Shown here one piece after another: positions 1-11,623 of a DNA stretch of 64,000 bases. The DNA lies in the NCBI RefSeq assembly GCF_000711695.1, contig NW_013547015.1, forward strand, positions 1 through 64,000, written 5' to 3'. Each line of letters opens with the position of its first letter. Position 1 is the stretch's first letter. The notes under the pieces were generated by a model, which was not told the origin of the DNA, ran no database searches, and saw only the letters and a program-made list of their open reading frames with translations. This stretch comes from Tilletiaria anomala UBC 951. Lineage: Eukaryota. A program made the position numbers and the translations under genes.

Positions 1-40
1 TCAACGACGAAGGCGACTCCATATCCTATGTGGGACTTAC

Positions 41-2384
41 CAAAATACCTTCACGAGCACAGCGAACCTGAAATCGGGCGAGCATTCTGAGCCCAAAAAA
101 GCCGATGAGGTGGCAAACGCCCATGATACCCAGCACCAACCCAACCGGCCTTCCTTGCTGCTTCAGGTCCGTGGTGATTTGCTCGAACTGCTGGGCCGAC
201 ATACTTGTCCCCGTGAGCTCCGACAGGCGGCCCAGTTCGCGGATGAGATGCTCAGTAGTTGGACGCACGAGTGGAGCATCCAGACGTTGCAGTGTTGCGT
301 CATCATCGCCAACGATCGCTCGGCGGTGCTCCTCGTACACCCGCAGCCTTCCTTCTTGCACCGCCCTCCCCAAACATGTCCAGCTTCGGAGCGCGTAAAA
401 GGTGAGACCGACGCTGATGAGGATGCTGGCTAGAATGTATATCCCGAAGGGTACAAAGCGGTACGGAGAGGTGAGCAGGTAGAAATACTGCGAGTGGTGC
501 AGCCGCTCGAGGAGATTATTGTAGGTCCGAATCGTCCCTTCCGCGATGCGTCCCATGTGGTAGAACCCATAAGGCCCACTCGCAGGCACTGCGCGCAAAG
601 TCAATGCATCGATGTGGTACCTGCAAGAAGAGATCTAGCGTGAGTATCGGGTATGTCCCAACAAGTGAAGCGACTCACCTTGTGAAAAGACCATGTACAC
701 CAGTAGTCTTGCCCAGGGCCTGCAATCCGATCTGATGCGACAGCCTCTCCATTGATTCCACATACTCTCCTTCAGTGCGTTCCGTCCATAAGGTTGTTCC
801 GAGAGTAGCTTCCAGGGGTGCCTTGAAGGCACGCGTCCAGGTCTGGAGCTGTAGAAGCATGCGCTTGATGGGACTGTGCGAGGCTAGACCTGGAATTTTT
901 ACTGGTACGCCATCAATATGCTCGGCCACGCGGACGACAGCATTCAGTACGTCCATGTTTGGCAACTGGCCATTCAAACCCTCGTGCAAAAGCTCAATGG
1001 CGCTGAACGAGTCCGAGGGAAAGTCGAGCGCAAGAGCATTCCAGATGACACTGCCACGTGTATGATCATCTCCGACAGTGCCTTCAGCGGGGCGTGTGGC
1101 CGCCAAAGAGTGTTTGAAGCGATATGTAGTGGTGATCAGATTCGATTGGTTTGTCGCAAAGTATGTGGAAAGGAAGGCTTGCATGCCGGCGAGGTGTCCG
1201 TCTGACAGAACAAATATCAAGTCGCGCGACAAATGTGGTTGCGCTGTGCAGAGATGATACGGTTAGTCGCGCGGCTGATTCCCGACGCTGCAGATGCACT
1301 CACTTGTGAGGTATCGTGCGAGAGCGATCGTTAGTGCAACACCTCGTACGTTCACTCGCCTCTGATATGTCACTTTCCCTTCATCTGAGTCTTCGGGTTC
1401 AATGTCATTCCAGCTGCTAAACCAAGGAGCCGCAATGACTATGGCTTCCCTCGCATCCGTTCTAGGCGAGGGAAACCGAGCGAAAATGTTGCTCCCCGAA
1501 AGCGAAAGGTGCAACGGACCATCGTATGGCGAGGCGGCAGAAGCGCCCGCCCGATAGTCATAATGTTGAATGAACGGCTTGAGGCCAAGAATGGCAAACT
1601 GTTCTGCCAAGTAGTCTCGTTGAGCGGGACTCATCTTGCCTAGAGTTGCGTTGAGCCAGGGAGGGTGCCGCTCACCCTCGCTCCAAGCGCCGAGATCTAG
1701 GGTGGCAAGGGAATCTGCGACTTCGTCCGCCAGCTTGACGTCTTCTTTGTAGTCGAAGTAGACGAAGGCTTGGCCGGGCTGCAGGGCATTTTCGTCGACA
1801 TATGTGCCCTTGCTAATGCCATTGTTCGCATTTCGATCGTACCAAGGTCCTAACGGCGGTATTGGGAGCACCAACGGGACGAGATAGCCAAGAAGAATAA
1901 ATACCGGCGGCAATACCGCCGCGAAAACGTCCAGCCTGAGCTTCGCTGCAAGCTGACGTTTGCGCCGGAAACTATGGGCAGCAAGTGATGTTGATGACAT
2001 TGCCTCAGTGTTTTGCGCTTTCCCCTTCGTGAGCTTCGAAATTGATGACTTGTCCCCTTCCAGGACGAGTATTGCAGTCTCCTTGACGGTGTTCACATCT
2101 GGATCTTCGCGCAGTTCCCGCGCCGTTGTCATGGACGTGGTGGCATTGATTTTGTGCGCATTGTCGTTCTGACGTCTGCCGCTTGCTCCCCTTCGTTGAC
2201 ATTCCGAGATCTCTCCCTCGTGGTCACTCTCTTGAATATCGGCAAGGCTTGCATGCAACGTCGATGACGCGACGGTTGGCGACTTTGAAGCTGAAGCCGG
2301 CGCTCTTTGCGGCTCGGGCGTCGCCGACAACCTTGCAGACCTCCTTCGCGGTGTCATCGGCCCTCCATTCTGTGAACTTGGCAT
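41..2384 (-). CDS. GAA1: GPI transamidase component Gaa1, 3' end runs off the window
   Basis: Spliced ORFs carry the Gaa1 motifs TYVDENALQPG, PRTDAREAIVI, SRDLIFVLSDG, EGLNGQLPNMD and LLERLHHSQYFYLL. Introns at 1303-1244 and 678-621, plus a donor at 40. The start at MPSSQNGG (2384) is inferred. Confidence 0.85.
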
Positions 2385-2732
2385 GGTGGTGGGATGTTGA
2401 GAGCCCGCAGCAGCTGTCGAAATAGGGCGTGAATGGTTCTCTGTTCCAATTCTTCGCACAGTGCGACTACCGCAATCGCAAATGTGCAAGACTACTTTGC
2501 ATAACCAGCCCTCTACAGATTGCCGTTCAAAAATGTGCCTTCCACTGTCGTCCTCTAAGGACCCAGGCGTTCGAGTGGAGACCACGGGCGGGATCGTTGC
2601 ACGAGAAAACACTACAGCGTATGGCGACGCATCAGACGCGTTCCAATGTTAATGCTTGACCACTTGGAGTGTGGAACCTGGTACCGAAACGAAGCAAAAA
2701 AGGGCCTACACAATTTGAGTAGGAAAACTGGT

Positions 2733-2738
2733 AAAAAA
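2733..2738 (-). terminator. RNA polymerase III oligo-T terminator of tRNA-Val
   Basis: T6 on the minus strand immediately follows the discriminator base. Confidence 0.8.
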
Positions 2739-2840
2739 TGATTTCACCCGGTCTCGAACCGGGGACCTTATCCGCAACACCTTACTGTCCTCAGGCAGTG
2801 AATTGTTAAGGATATGTGATAACCGCTACACCATGAAACC
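2739..2840 (-). tRNA. tRNA-Val (anticodon AAC) with a 29-nt intron (2803-2775)
   Basis: The reverse complement reads GGTTTCA-TG-GTGTAGCGGTTATCAC-A-TATCC-TT-AAC-A-[intron]-C-GGATA-AGGTC-CCCGG-TTCGAGA-CCGGG-TGAAATC-A. Acceptor, anticodon and T stems pair, the intron is at the canonical 37/38 position, and the mature length is 73 nt. Confidence 0.95.
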
Positions 2841-3605
2841 GCTTGTGATATGAAATCACATAAAGAAAATATGTTCTTTAAAGATTCGTCCGACTCTTGG
2901 TTTCAACATTTTTTCCTGCGGCCGCGCTGCCCGAGTCGTATCCGGGGTATTTTGGGGCAGGCATTGTCGTGCTGCTCGCGCTAGGGCCTAGCTGTATTGG
3001 TTTCAGTGCCTCAGGCGCTACCCGCCCCGAGCAGTGTGCTCGTACTCGCCATACTTTGACGAGGGCAACGTGAGAGTAGCTACTCTGCCCATTCTTGGGC
3101 CACTCTGAGCAGCACCACCCATAGCACTAGGTATGGCAGCTTCATCGCGGCTGTACAACAGACACCATAAATGCTATGGTTGAAAGCTTGAATCACACGG
3201 GAAGATACAAATTGAGGTCCCAACAATACGAGCAATCATATGACCAATACAAGCCTTAGCCAGGGCGCAACTCACCACGCTTTACGAGTGACAGACAGGT
3301 TGGGGCAGGTCGATTAATAGTACTAATAAGAATACAAAAGAATGAATTCGAATCTCGGCAGCGTCCCTGCCCGTTTTTAGGGGCAGGGAACCATCAGACT
3401 GCGGATATCTGGATGTACCTGGCCGTTTCGCCGGCCTGACTTCTCGCCTCTCCAACCTCCAGGTTTGCTGCCTGCTGCAAAAGGCGAGGCAATGGCCCCC
3501 ATCTCGCGCGAGAGCTGACGCGCCGGCCGCTTAACTTGTGTGGAGCTCAGCTTTCATCAAACGCGCCTTATACTGCTCTGTGTGCGCCGAAAAGGTACCA
3601 GTACC

Positions 3606-4510
3606 ATGGCGGCGACATACATGCCACAGGTGCATCGATCATGGGTGCATCAGGCCCACACGGCGACCAGGGCGGCGTCTCGGTCGCCGTCACCGGATCC
3701 AGACGGCAAAGACAAGAGAGAGGACATTCTCAGCGCCGAGCAAGGTATGAACAGCAGACTCGCGGTAGACATGCAGGAACAGGACTTCCTGCGACACATG
3801 AACAGAGGAGATCATTTACCATCTCGCGGTGCACATGCAGAACAGGCTCGAGTCATGCGCAACATGTACGGCTATGCGCCCATTGGCTCCATGTATGACG
3901 CCCAGGAGCTCAGCAGCGAGGAAGAAAAGTGGGATGCCAAGGTAGGTAGCGTCCAAGAGCACCATCTGAAGAGACTCGATCGGCGCTGAGGTGTTGACGC
4001 TCGGCAACCCAATCCCATGCAGAGAGTCAAAGTAGCCAACTTTGGCAAGCGACATTTCATTAAATTCGGCAACACTCGCACACTGCAAGAGGAGGAAAAT
4101 TCTGTCAGTCCACAGTAATCGGGAAGCTTGTGAGATCGCACTAACCCCATCTCATGTCAAATCGGTAGATCGAAGAGGATGCAGCGCACCGCCAGGGCCT
4201 GGCAGACGATTCTACCGCGTCAGACGCCGAGGGTGGCCCAGGGGTCTTCATTGGTGGCCATACGGGTCATGCAGCAGCAAATCTTGCCGCTCAAAGGCGG
4301 GCTCAAGCTGACGCGACTGCGAGAGGGGAGCAAGCAAACCAGCCCACCGCAGCGGTCGTCACTGCCGAGAGGGGAGGTGCCGCTGCAGCGGGGCTTGCTT
4401 CACCGCCTGCTGCTGAAGCGCTGACGGAGGGCGATCGGACCTTCCCCGATGACGACTCCTTTGAGCAGCGGGACATGGATGCAGACATCGAAGATCTCGA
4501 TGCTGAATGA
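3606..4510 (+). CDS. Apc15p-like small acidic protein (anaphase-promoting complex subunit family), 3 exons
   Basis: Exons 3606-3941, 4023-4103 and 4169-4510 splice in frame. They give ...EEEKWDAKRVKVANFGKRHFIKFGNTRTLQEEE... and an acidic end RDMDADIEDLDAE*, resembling fungal Apc15. The ORF track shows only exon 1. Confidence 0.6.
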
Positions 4511-4558
4511 ATGTAGGTCTCAAATGCATGTACTAGTATAAGTCATATCCACTGTAGC

Positions 4559-6207
4559 TTACTTCATTATGACCGTGTGCAGTATATTCAGCCTTTCTGT
4601 GGATGTTAAGCGGTGCATAGACTCGGTGAATGCCTGTGAAACTTCATTGGCCCGATTCAGCATGCGCGCATGACGCTTGATCTTTGGAACGTTCGAATGA
4701 GCGCGGACCAGCTCTAGCGCCTGCGCAAGCCCGTTGACACGTTCGACAAAGCTTGTGGACACTCTGTCGTCCCGTGCAAAAAAGTATGTTGGAAGGGGCT
4801 CTGCAAGGTCTGGAATGGCCGCCGCTTGCTCCGTCTCCGAAAGCACGCTGCTTTCGGGGGTTTGTAGACGAATGGCGTCCCATAAGCTCATCAAGATGAG
4901 GTCGCCAACAGAGTTGGAAATAAAATCCTCCAGTGCAGCGATGCGGTCCTTCTTTGAACGCAGTGCTTCGGTTACGTATTGCAAAACGGCATAACGGGCA
5001 ATGGCAAACGGATCTGCCGAAGTTATGATTGAGTCGGTGCTAATGCTTGATCCGCCTCCAACAATGCGAGCATGTAGGGCGTGCTGTACGGCGCCGATGC
5101 TCTTCTCGATGAACATGTCCCCTTCTGACATGTTGAGCACTTGACAGTAAGAAGCGAGCAGCGAGGTCTGCTCCAAGGCAAGCGAGCCATTGATCGCTGC
5201 AATCTCGACGGAATTGAGAACAGTTGGGCTCGAGCTTGCCAGAAGAAAGGTTCACCGTGCGACTCACCTAATTTCAGATTTGCTCGCACCTTGCGCAATC
5301 TTTTCATCGTCCGTGCATCCAGCTGCCTCCTTAGGCTCCGCGGAGCTTTTGATGTCCCGGTAGTAGCTGGCTTAGCCGCATCGTGTGAAGACAAGTCCAC
5401 CTCCTCGGGATCCGGCAGCTGATTGACAAACCGGCTCAATGCGCCGGTGAGCACAATGCATATGCCCTCCCATTCCTTTCCTTGGCTCATTGCACTGAGG
5501 AAAAGCAGCACCAGCTTAGCCTTTCGCAAGAAGAAAGCGCACCGAGAGACTCACTATCCAAGCGGAGTATAATTCTTGGCATTCGTGTTGGCGCTAGAAC
5601 TTCCACCAAGGTCCAGTAGCAAGTCAAAATTAGAGTCTCTGATGGCCATAATCGTCTCGACGTCTTTCCGGTCGATTGCTTTGAGCAAGTCATGGGTCTC
5701 ATAAGATCGAGTGGGTATGGCTGTTGAACCAACTTTCATTGCCGCTTTGTTCGTTGATTTGCCGATGTCTTTCCCATCTGCTGCTCCGTCGTTGGGTGCA
5801 AGTCTTCCTGATCCTCCGGCGGATGTGCCTCTGGGAGCATGCGCTCTTACTCGCGAAAGAAGCCCCACAATCTCTGCACAGCCTTTGTTGTAGTCGCTCC
5901 GATCTCCCAAAGAAAGAGGATCAAGCTTGAAATTCAGTTCCATCTCTTCAAGAGTTGCGCGAACGGCACGCCTTGCCTCGTCCATTCGTTTGTCATGGTC
6001 TTCGTTGAGCCCATAGCTCGGAAATAGTGCATACAGCTTGGCGTCATCGATGTGGGGAAAGCCATCGCTCTGCTGCGCGGCGTCATCTGATAGAGTGTAT
6101 TGAGGTTCAGAACGTGATTGTAGAGCTGATTTGCCTCGCTCGTGCTCGTGCCGTCGCAGTTTTGCCTGCACCGCCGAAATGACGTCTGAGAATTTTAAAC
6201 CAGACAT
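4559..6207 (-). CDS. Conserved-looking hypothetical protein, 3 exons
   Basis: Exons 6207-5555, 5494-5268 and 5196-4559 join in frame through canonical GT-AG introns (YTPLGY|AMSQG; LKL|AINGSL). The sequence looks globular but I do not recognise the family. Confidence 0.7.
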
Positions 6208-6749
6208 GTTGCATCCAGCTGCATTTAAAGCAGAAAGAGATGTATTATTCTCATCAGCACGCGGAAGCCCAGCGTGCTTCCTTGCACGGTCGCGGTACGA
6301 AACTGCCAGTGTGATACCACAGTTTCCAATGCATACACATACATAGCCCACCCCCAGAACGAGGCTCGTGAAGTGTGCACAGTGTCAAATGTGCGAGAGA
6401 AGGGAAGTGACTGTTGACGGTGACAGCTTGTCTCACCGCATCGATGACGCGATGACGATGACTTTTTGCGAGCTCACAGCTTGAGCTACATAACTGTCTC
6501 AACCGCAGACGTCCACAGACTGCAGCCAGAACTTCTTGCTCTACAGGCTTTCGTACTCTGAAATTGCAGATAGTCTATGGCCGACTGCAGAACAATAGAG
6601 GTTCAAGTTCGTCTAATGCAGTGCGAGTGTCGTGCAAAGTGCCAAGAGGCATACATATAACAGTAAGGCAAGACGAGACGAGGAGCGATTAAAGGGATTC
6701 CAGAGACTGTACCACTTGTGCGAAATGCGGCTTGCGTTCTCCTTCTCCT

Positions 6750-9700
6750 TCACAGCGTGTTGCGTAACATGACCTTGTAGCATTCCTCGTCCCATGCCTT
6801 TCCGTCCTTCTCAAAAAATCGCTCGCCTTCGAATGGCTGCTTGCATGATTCGCAGACAAAGCAGTGCGGGTGCCACTTGCCCTTAAGAGCAGTGATCAGA
6901 TCATCAGTGATGGGCAACTTGCACCCTTTACAGCGAGGATGGTGCAAGTTGACGTGGCACTGAGCGCGCATAAGAATGAGGCTGGTAAGCAATGAATGAT
7001 TCTCGCCTCGAATCGTCTGTGCCGCCACTCACCTTTTCGCAATATGGATAGCCTTTGACGACGACAAATGCCTTACCTCCCGCCTGGACAATACCCTGCT
7101 CGTCCGCAACAAGCGCTTGCTCGTCCGCGCCCGCTGTACCGGCAGCGGCTTTTGGATCCACAAACGGATCTCCGCAATTGGCGCAGAAGAAATGCAAGTC
7201 GTGGTAGTACCGCTTTCCGAGCTGTTCGTCATCGATCAATATGAATCTCTCATCGACGATCGGCGTCCGGCAGTGGAAGCACCTGCGCGAGAAGAGCTCG
7301 TGGTAGTCGACGTGGCAGTACGGACGTCCTTCGTGCTCATAAAAGGCAAAGTGCTCCAGGTGCTGGCCGCAGTGCGAGCAGCGGAAGCACTGTGGGTGCC
7401 AGGTGAGACCCATGGCTTGGACCACACGTCCACCAATCCACTTTCTGCACCCTCCGCAAGTCGCTCCAGAACCTACTGAGGATGCCGATGCTGGACCTGT
7501 CGAAGAGCTGGGGGGCGGGTGCGCAAAGCCGCTGGTGGCTCGCTGCGCTTCTGCTGGGGTGCCAGCAGAGGGAATTTCACTCTTGGTGCCAGACACTGAT
7601 ATAGCAGGGCCAGCAGCGCCGTCGTCATCTTCAGAGATCGATATGATTGGAGGAGCATGTGTTCCTTCTTCATCCGACACTGAAATGACGATGCCAGGTG
7701 CGCACCCATCGTCGGCCACATCATCATCGCCAGGTAAGGAGATCGTTGGTACGGTAGGAGGCGCACGCGGTGCCTGCTGTGAAGGCTCGAACATTTGCGG
7801 TCGGCCCACCGAAATGGTCGACGGCGCTTGTGGTGGTTGCGGCAGACGCACTTCGGGGATCGTCGACGGCTCGATAATGGCCGGAGGTGCCGGTTGAGCA
7901 GGCGTGGCGAAAGTTTCATAGCGAGCGGGCGCTGGGGATGGAGTCCTTGCCTCGCTCTGCCCCTCCGGTCCGGGGGATTTGGGCCGGTCAGCGACAACAT
8001 CAGGATGCGCAGGGGGCGAAACCGGTGTATTGGCAAAACTCGGCTGCGCTTGCTTCCTTTCTTCATTTACCTGGCGGATGGAATGATGGGCGCCGCGGGA
8101 GCGTGGCCTGTCCGGAGGCGCGAACGCCGCCGCAGCTGCGGATTCTTCTATCCTCATCGGGTCCGCGGGTACGGCTTGGGCTGAAGTGTCTTTTCGAGTG
8201 GGTGACTGAGACTTCAATGACGGACTTCCAAGCGTGATATCTCTCAAATTCTGCATGACGCTGTCAAGTGAGGTGGTATCGCGCAGCGTGCTGGTCCACG
8301 TGGTCGGATCGCTCTGACTGCTGGCCAGAGCAGGAGGAATCTCCTCACTTTCTTGCTGTGCGGAGGCTTCGGCTGCTGTGGGCGAACGATCTGCCGCTAC
8401 CTGAGAGTTCATTCGACTTCGCAAACCTCCAAGGCCGATGCCGGCCCGGCGCGGAGGGCCACGGGACATCAACGCTTCTGCCGCAAGACGCATGCTTTCC
8501 GTTCTGTTGAGCGTCCCTAATAAGTTGGCAGGCACCGCCGTCGCATGGTTCGAGCCCGAACCCGAGCCTGCAACACCATCCCCAATGGCAGGAGACGTGC
8601 CGATGGGTGGCTGGGGCAGTGTGCGCCGGACAGAACCAACGCTGCTTGCCACACTTGGGGATGAAGCGTGACCGTTTTCGCCGACGATTGGATATGTGCT
8701 GTTGGGATTCGCCTGATTGAGGGAGAATGAGCGTCCAGGCTGCGGCAAAGGACGGGAAGTATTGGATCGCGGGCCTGCACCTGCGCTCTCCATCGCAGAG
8801 GCCAGTGCTGCTGGCGGACCCATAGCGCCGACAGGATGTCGTATTGAGTACTTTTCGGGACTGCTCGGAGGCAGTGATGACGATGGACCGGATTGTTGCG
8901 GCAACACTGCCGGAGGAAGTGCTTGTTGCTTGACCGCAGACTGACTCTGGGGGAAGGGGGCGCGGGAAGGTGGGTGACCTGCTGCAGGATTCGCGAAATG
9001 GAAAGGCTGTTGCGAAAAAGATTGATGTTGAGGAACTTGGTGAATGGCCGTTTGTGGATAAGCTGCATACGCTGGCTGTTGATAACCCGGAATGTTCGTG
9101 GGCGAGCCAGCAGTAGCAGCGAATTGTATTGGTTGCTGCTCCGGCGGCACATACCCAGCAGGTACGGAGGCTACCTGCTGGTATGCATAAGGACCAAATT
9201 GCGCTTGAGCAGCGACTGGTGCATTTGCTGGTGAATGCAATGGTGCATAGTCGGCTTGAAAGTGCTGAGGCAAGGCTCTAGGGTGTCCATGTGCTGGTCG
9301 CGACGCGTGAACCATGCCCTGATGCTGAGGCTGTTGAGGGTGCACATAGCCAACAGAAAGCGCAGATGTTCCTGGACTTACTGGGGACATGGCATGGCTC
9401 AGAGGAAGGTCTTGTTGGTATACAGCCTGCGGGACGCCGTACGCAACTGGTGAAAAGTTGGTGTAGTATGACTGCGCAGAATTGGACCGTTGGACGTGTG
9501 ACGGTCCAACTTGTTGTGCATTGAGAGGCTGATGTGGGACCTGTGGAGGGGGCGTACCATTCTGCACATACGCTCGAGGAGCGAAAGACCCATTCGTAGA
9601 TCCATTGACTATGATGGGGGCCGAATCATGCCGTACTCGTGCAAGAGTCCGGCTCTGTGCCTGGCCCCCCGGCAAGAGGTCTTGTGACAACGGTCTGCCT

Positions 9701-10005
9701 GCTTGATCAAAAGCCGGCGCTACAGCAGTAAGTGGAATACTTGCCATGTTTGTGCTAGCGGAAAGTGCGTTAGGACTCGCGCTTCTAGCCATATTGGAGT
9801 TTCTTGACACTGGTCTGTCCGGGGCGGGGGAAAAGGACGAGGGAGGGAGAGTGTCATGTCTGCTTCGTGCCCCGTGTTCGGCTTGGTAGGAGACTGAGCG
9901 CCTGCGAGAATCCTGTCCCGGGCCTGGTGACGCTGGAGGCGGCGGTGGTGCGAATGTGTGCCATAATGACGATAAGTCCTTGCCGGACGGCGAAGGAGAC
10001 GCCAT
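6750..10005 (-). CDS. LIM-domain (paxillin/Pxl1-like) protein with a long Pro/Gln-rich N-terminus
   Basis: Three C-terminal LIM zinc fingers (CGGC...WHPQCFRCSHC; CFHC...HDLHFFCANC; CKGC...WHPHCFVCESC). Intron 7032-6960 joins YCEK|CHVN. Confidence 0.85.
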
Positions 10006-10559
10006 TTCGCCCCGCTCGAAGATGGGTGCGTTCACTTCAGATCCTCCGCTCGGTTCTGCCGCTTGAGGTTTAAATCCAAGGCTGACGCAATTTTCCCAGA
10101 ACCAGACTCGCACCAGCCGTACTCGGAAACCTTAGGTGCTCATTTACCGCAGAGGGTGGGATCTGAATTGGGATATTGTATCAATTGACAGCAGCATCGC
10201 AACGCGTGTTTGCAAGAAATCAACTGTGCTTATTTGGATGTACAAATTGAGGGGTCGATCGGCAACTTGGCCCCGAAGTCACCGGTCTTCCCCCGGGAGA
10301 AAACGCGCGTGATGTGGTGCCTGTTCGGTGACTAATAACCAGGCCCGATGGACCTGCAGTAAAAAAACCCCATCCTCACCAACTTCTCCCAGCCAGCTTT
10401 TCTGGTCGATACCTTCCACAGCTTCCGTTGAAGGGTGAGGCTAAGGTGCACGCTGCACCTTCAGGACTGTTCTAAATTCCTTGAAAAAGCATGGTGACCC
10501 TCTGGAAATTTCCTCTGGCGTCAATTTCCGCCTTGGCATCTGGAAGCTCCAGCCAGAGA

Positions 10560-11387
10560 ATGTTGCCAGCCATCGCGCGGCCAGCGCTTTGCAGCTGCAC
10601 GCGGGCTGCTGCCTCGAGTTCCGCATCTGCCTTGCAACCATCCCGCCGCCACGCCTCATCAAAAGCGGCACAGCTCGCCAAGGAGGAAAGAGACGAGAGG
10701 TTGCGAAAAGGTATTGAGCTCTACCACCTCACTTCCACCTTCTTCCCGGCACCCCGCAGTGGGAACTCCGAACCGGCCGTTGCAGCGTCATCTTCTAACT
10801 CCGACCTCGATACAGAGATCGACAATCGCATCAAGGAAGAGCTTGCAATGCAAACGGAGCTTAGAGGAATGAGCACCACCTTGGGACGAAGCTCAGGTCT
10901 CGAGGCACCCAAGTTCCGAAATGCCGGAGAACTCGTCGCCAGGGCGACCTCAGATGCTAACTACTTTAGCCGTGCAGGCAGGAGCGACAGCGTGGACGAC
11001 TTTCAAGATTCGGGTGATACCTTTGGACCTTCCAATGCTTTTTCGCCACCGCCTTCTACCACGTCAAGCTCATTCAGCGCGTTTGAGGAACCGGCGTTGT
11101 TTGATCACATGACACTCGACCGCCTGCGAAGACAAGCATTCCGCTTCACTTCCAACGCATCGGACAAGCGACCAGCGCTCGGACGGAAGATCATGGCGCA
11201 CGACGAGGCAGACCAGAGAGGTGCCATGGTCAGAGATGCTCTCTTCGGCACAGTCGGCCTGGAGTTGCCGGGCTTGGAAATTGTGCGCGAGCGGGTCAAG
11301 GAGAAAAGAAGGAGGGCCGCAGAAGCAGCGAAAGCTCAGAATACAGTACAAGAAGCCTCGAAGGAGAGCCATGCTGATGAGAGCTAA
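10560..11387 (+). CDS. Putative mitochondrial protein (possibly a distant mitoribosomal subunit)
   Basis: Single-exon ORF with an Arg/Ser/Ala-rich, acid-free presequence (MLPAIARPALCSCTRAAASS...SRRHASS). Conserved-looking blocks are ELYHLTSTFF and VRDALFGT...PGLE. Confidence 0.6.
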   Translation: MLPAIARPALCSCTRAAASSSASALQPSRRHASSKAAQLAKEERDERLRKGIELYHLTSTFFPAPRSGNSEPAVAASSSNSDLDTEIDNRIKEELAMQTELRGMSTTLGRSSGLEAPKFRNAGELVARATSDANYFSRAGRSDSVDDFQDSGDTFGPSNAFSPPPSTTSSSFSAFEEPALFDHMTLDRLRRQAFRFTSNASDKRPALGRKIMAHDEADQRGAMVRDALFGTVGLELPGLEIVRERVKEKRRRAAEAAKAQNTVQEASKESHADES

Positions 11388-11623
11388 GAGGCCGGCAGAA
11401 GGGTAGGGACGGCGATATATCCAGTAGCAGAAGGGGAGCGCAGTTCTAAGCACCTTCATTCTATTTGGTGATCTCAACCTTCCACAGTGTCTTTCTTCAT
11501 TCTTGGGAGCTGCGGAAGTGAGCGGGAATGCCGTTAAAGTGATTCTCTTGTGATGATGCGGGTCAGGGGGCAGGTGACGCGCTTTGGTAGATTGCGAAAA
11601 ATGTAGCCACCTGGTGGTGGCTT

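Noticed and set aside
2991..3115. SRP RNA or RNase P/MRP identity for the structured element (GCTGTATTGG resembles a fungal Alu start)
   Set aside because: There is no helix-8 GNRA motif with correct spacing and no CR-I/CR-V consensus. Kept only as an unidentified candidate.
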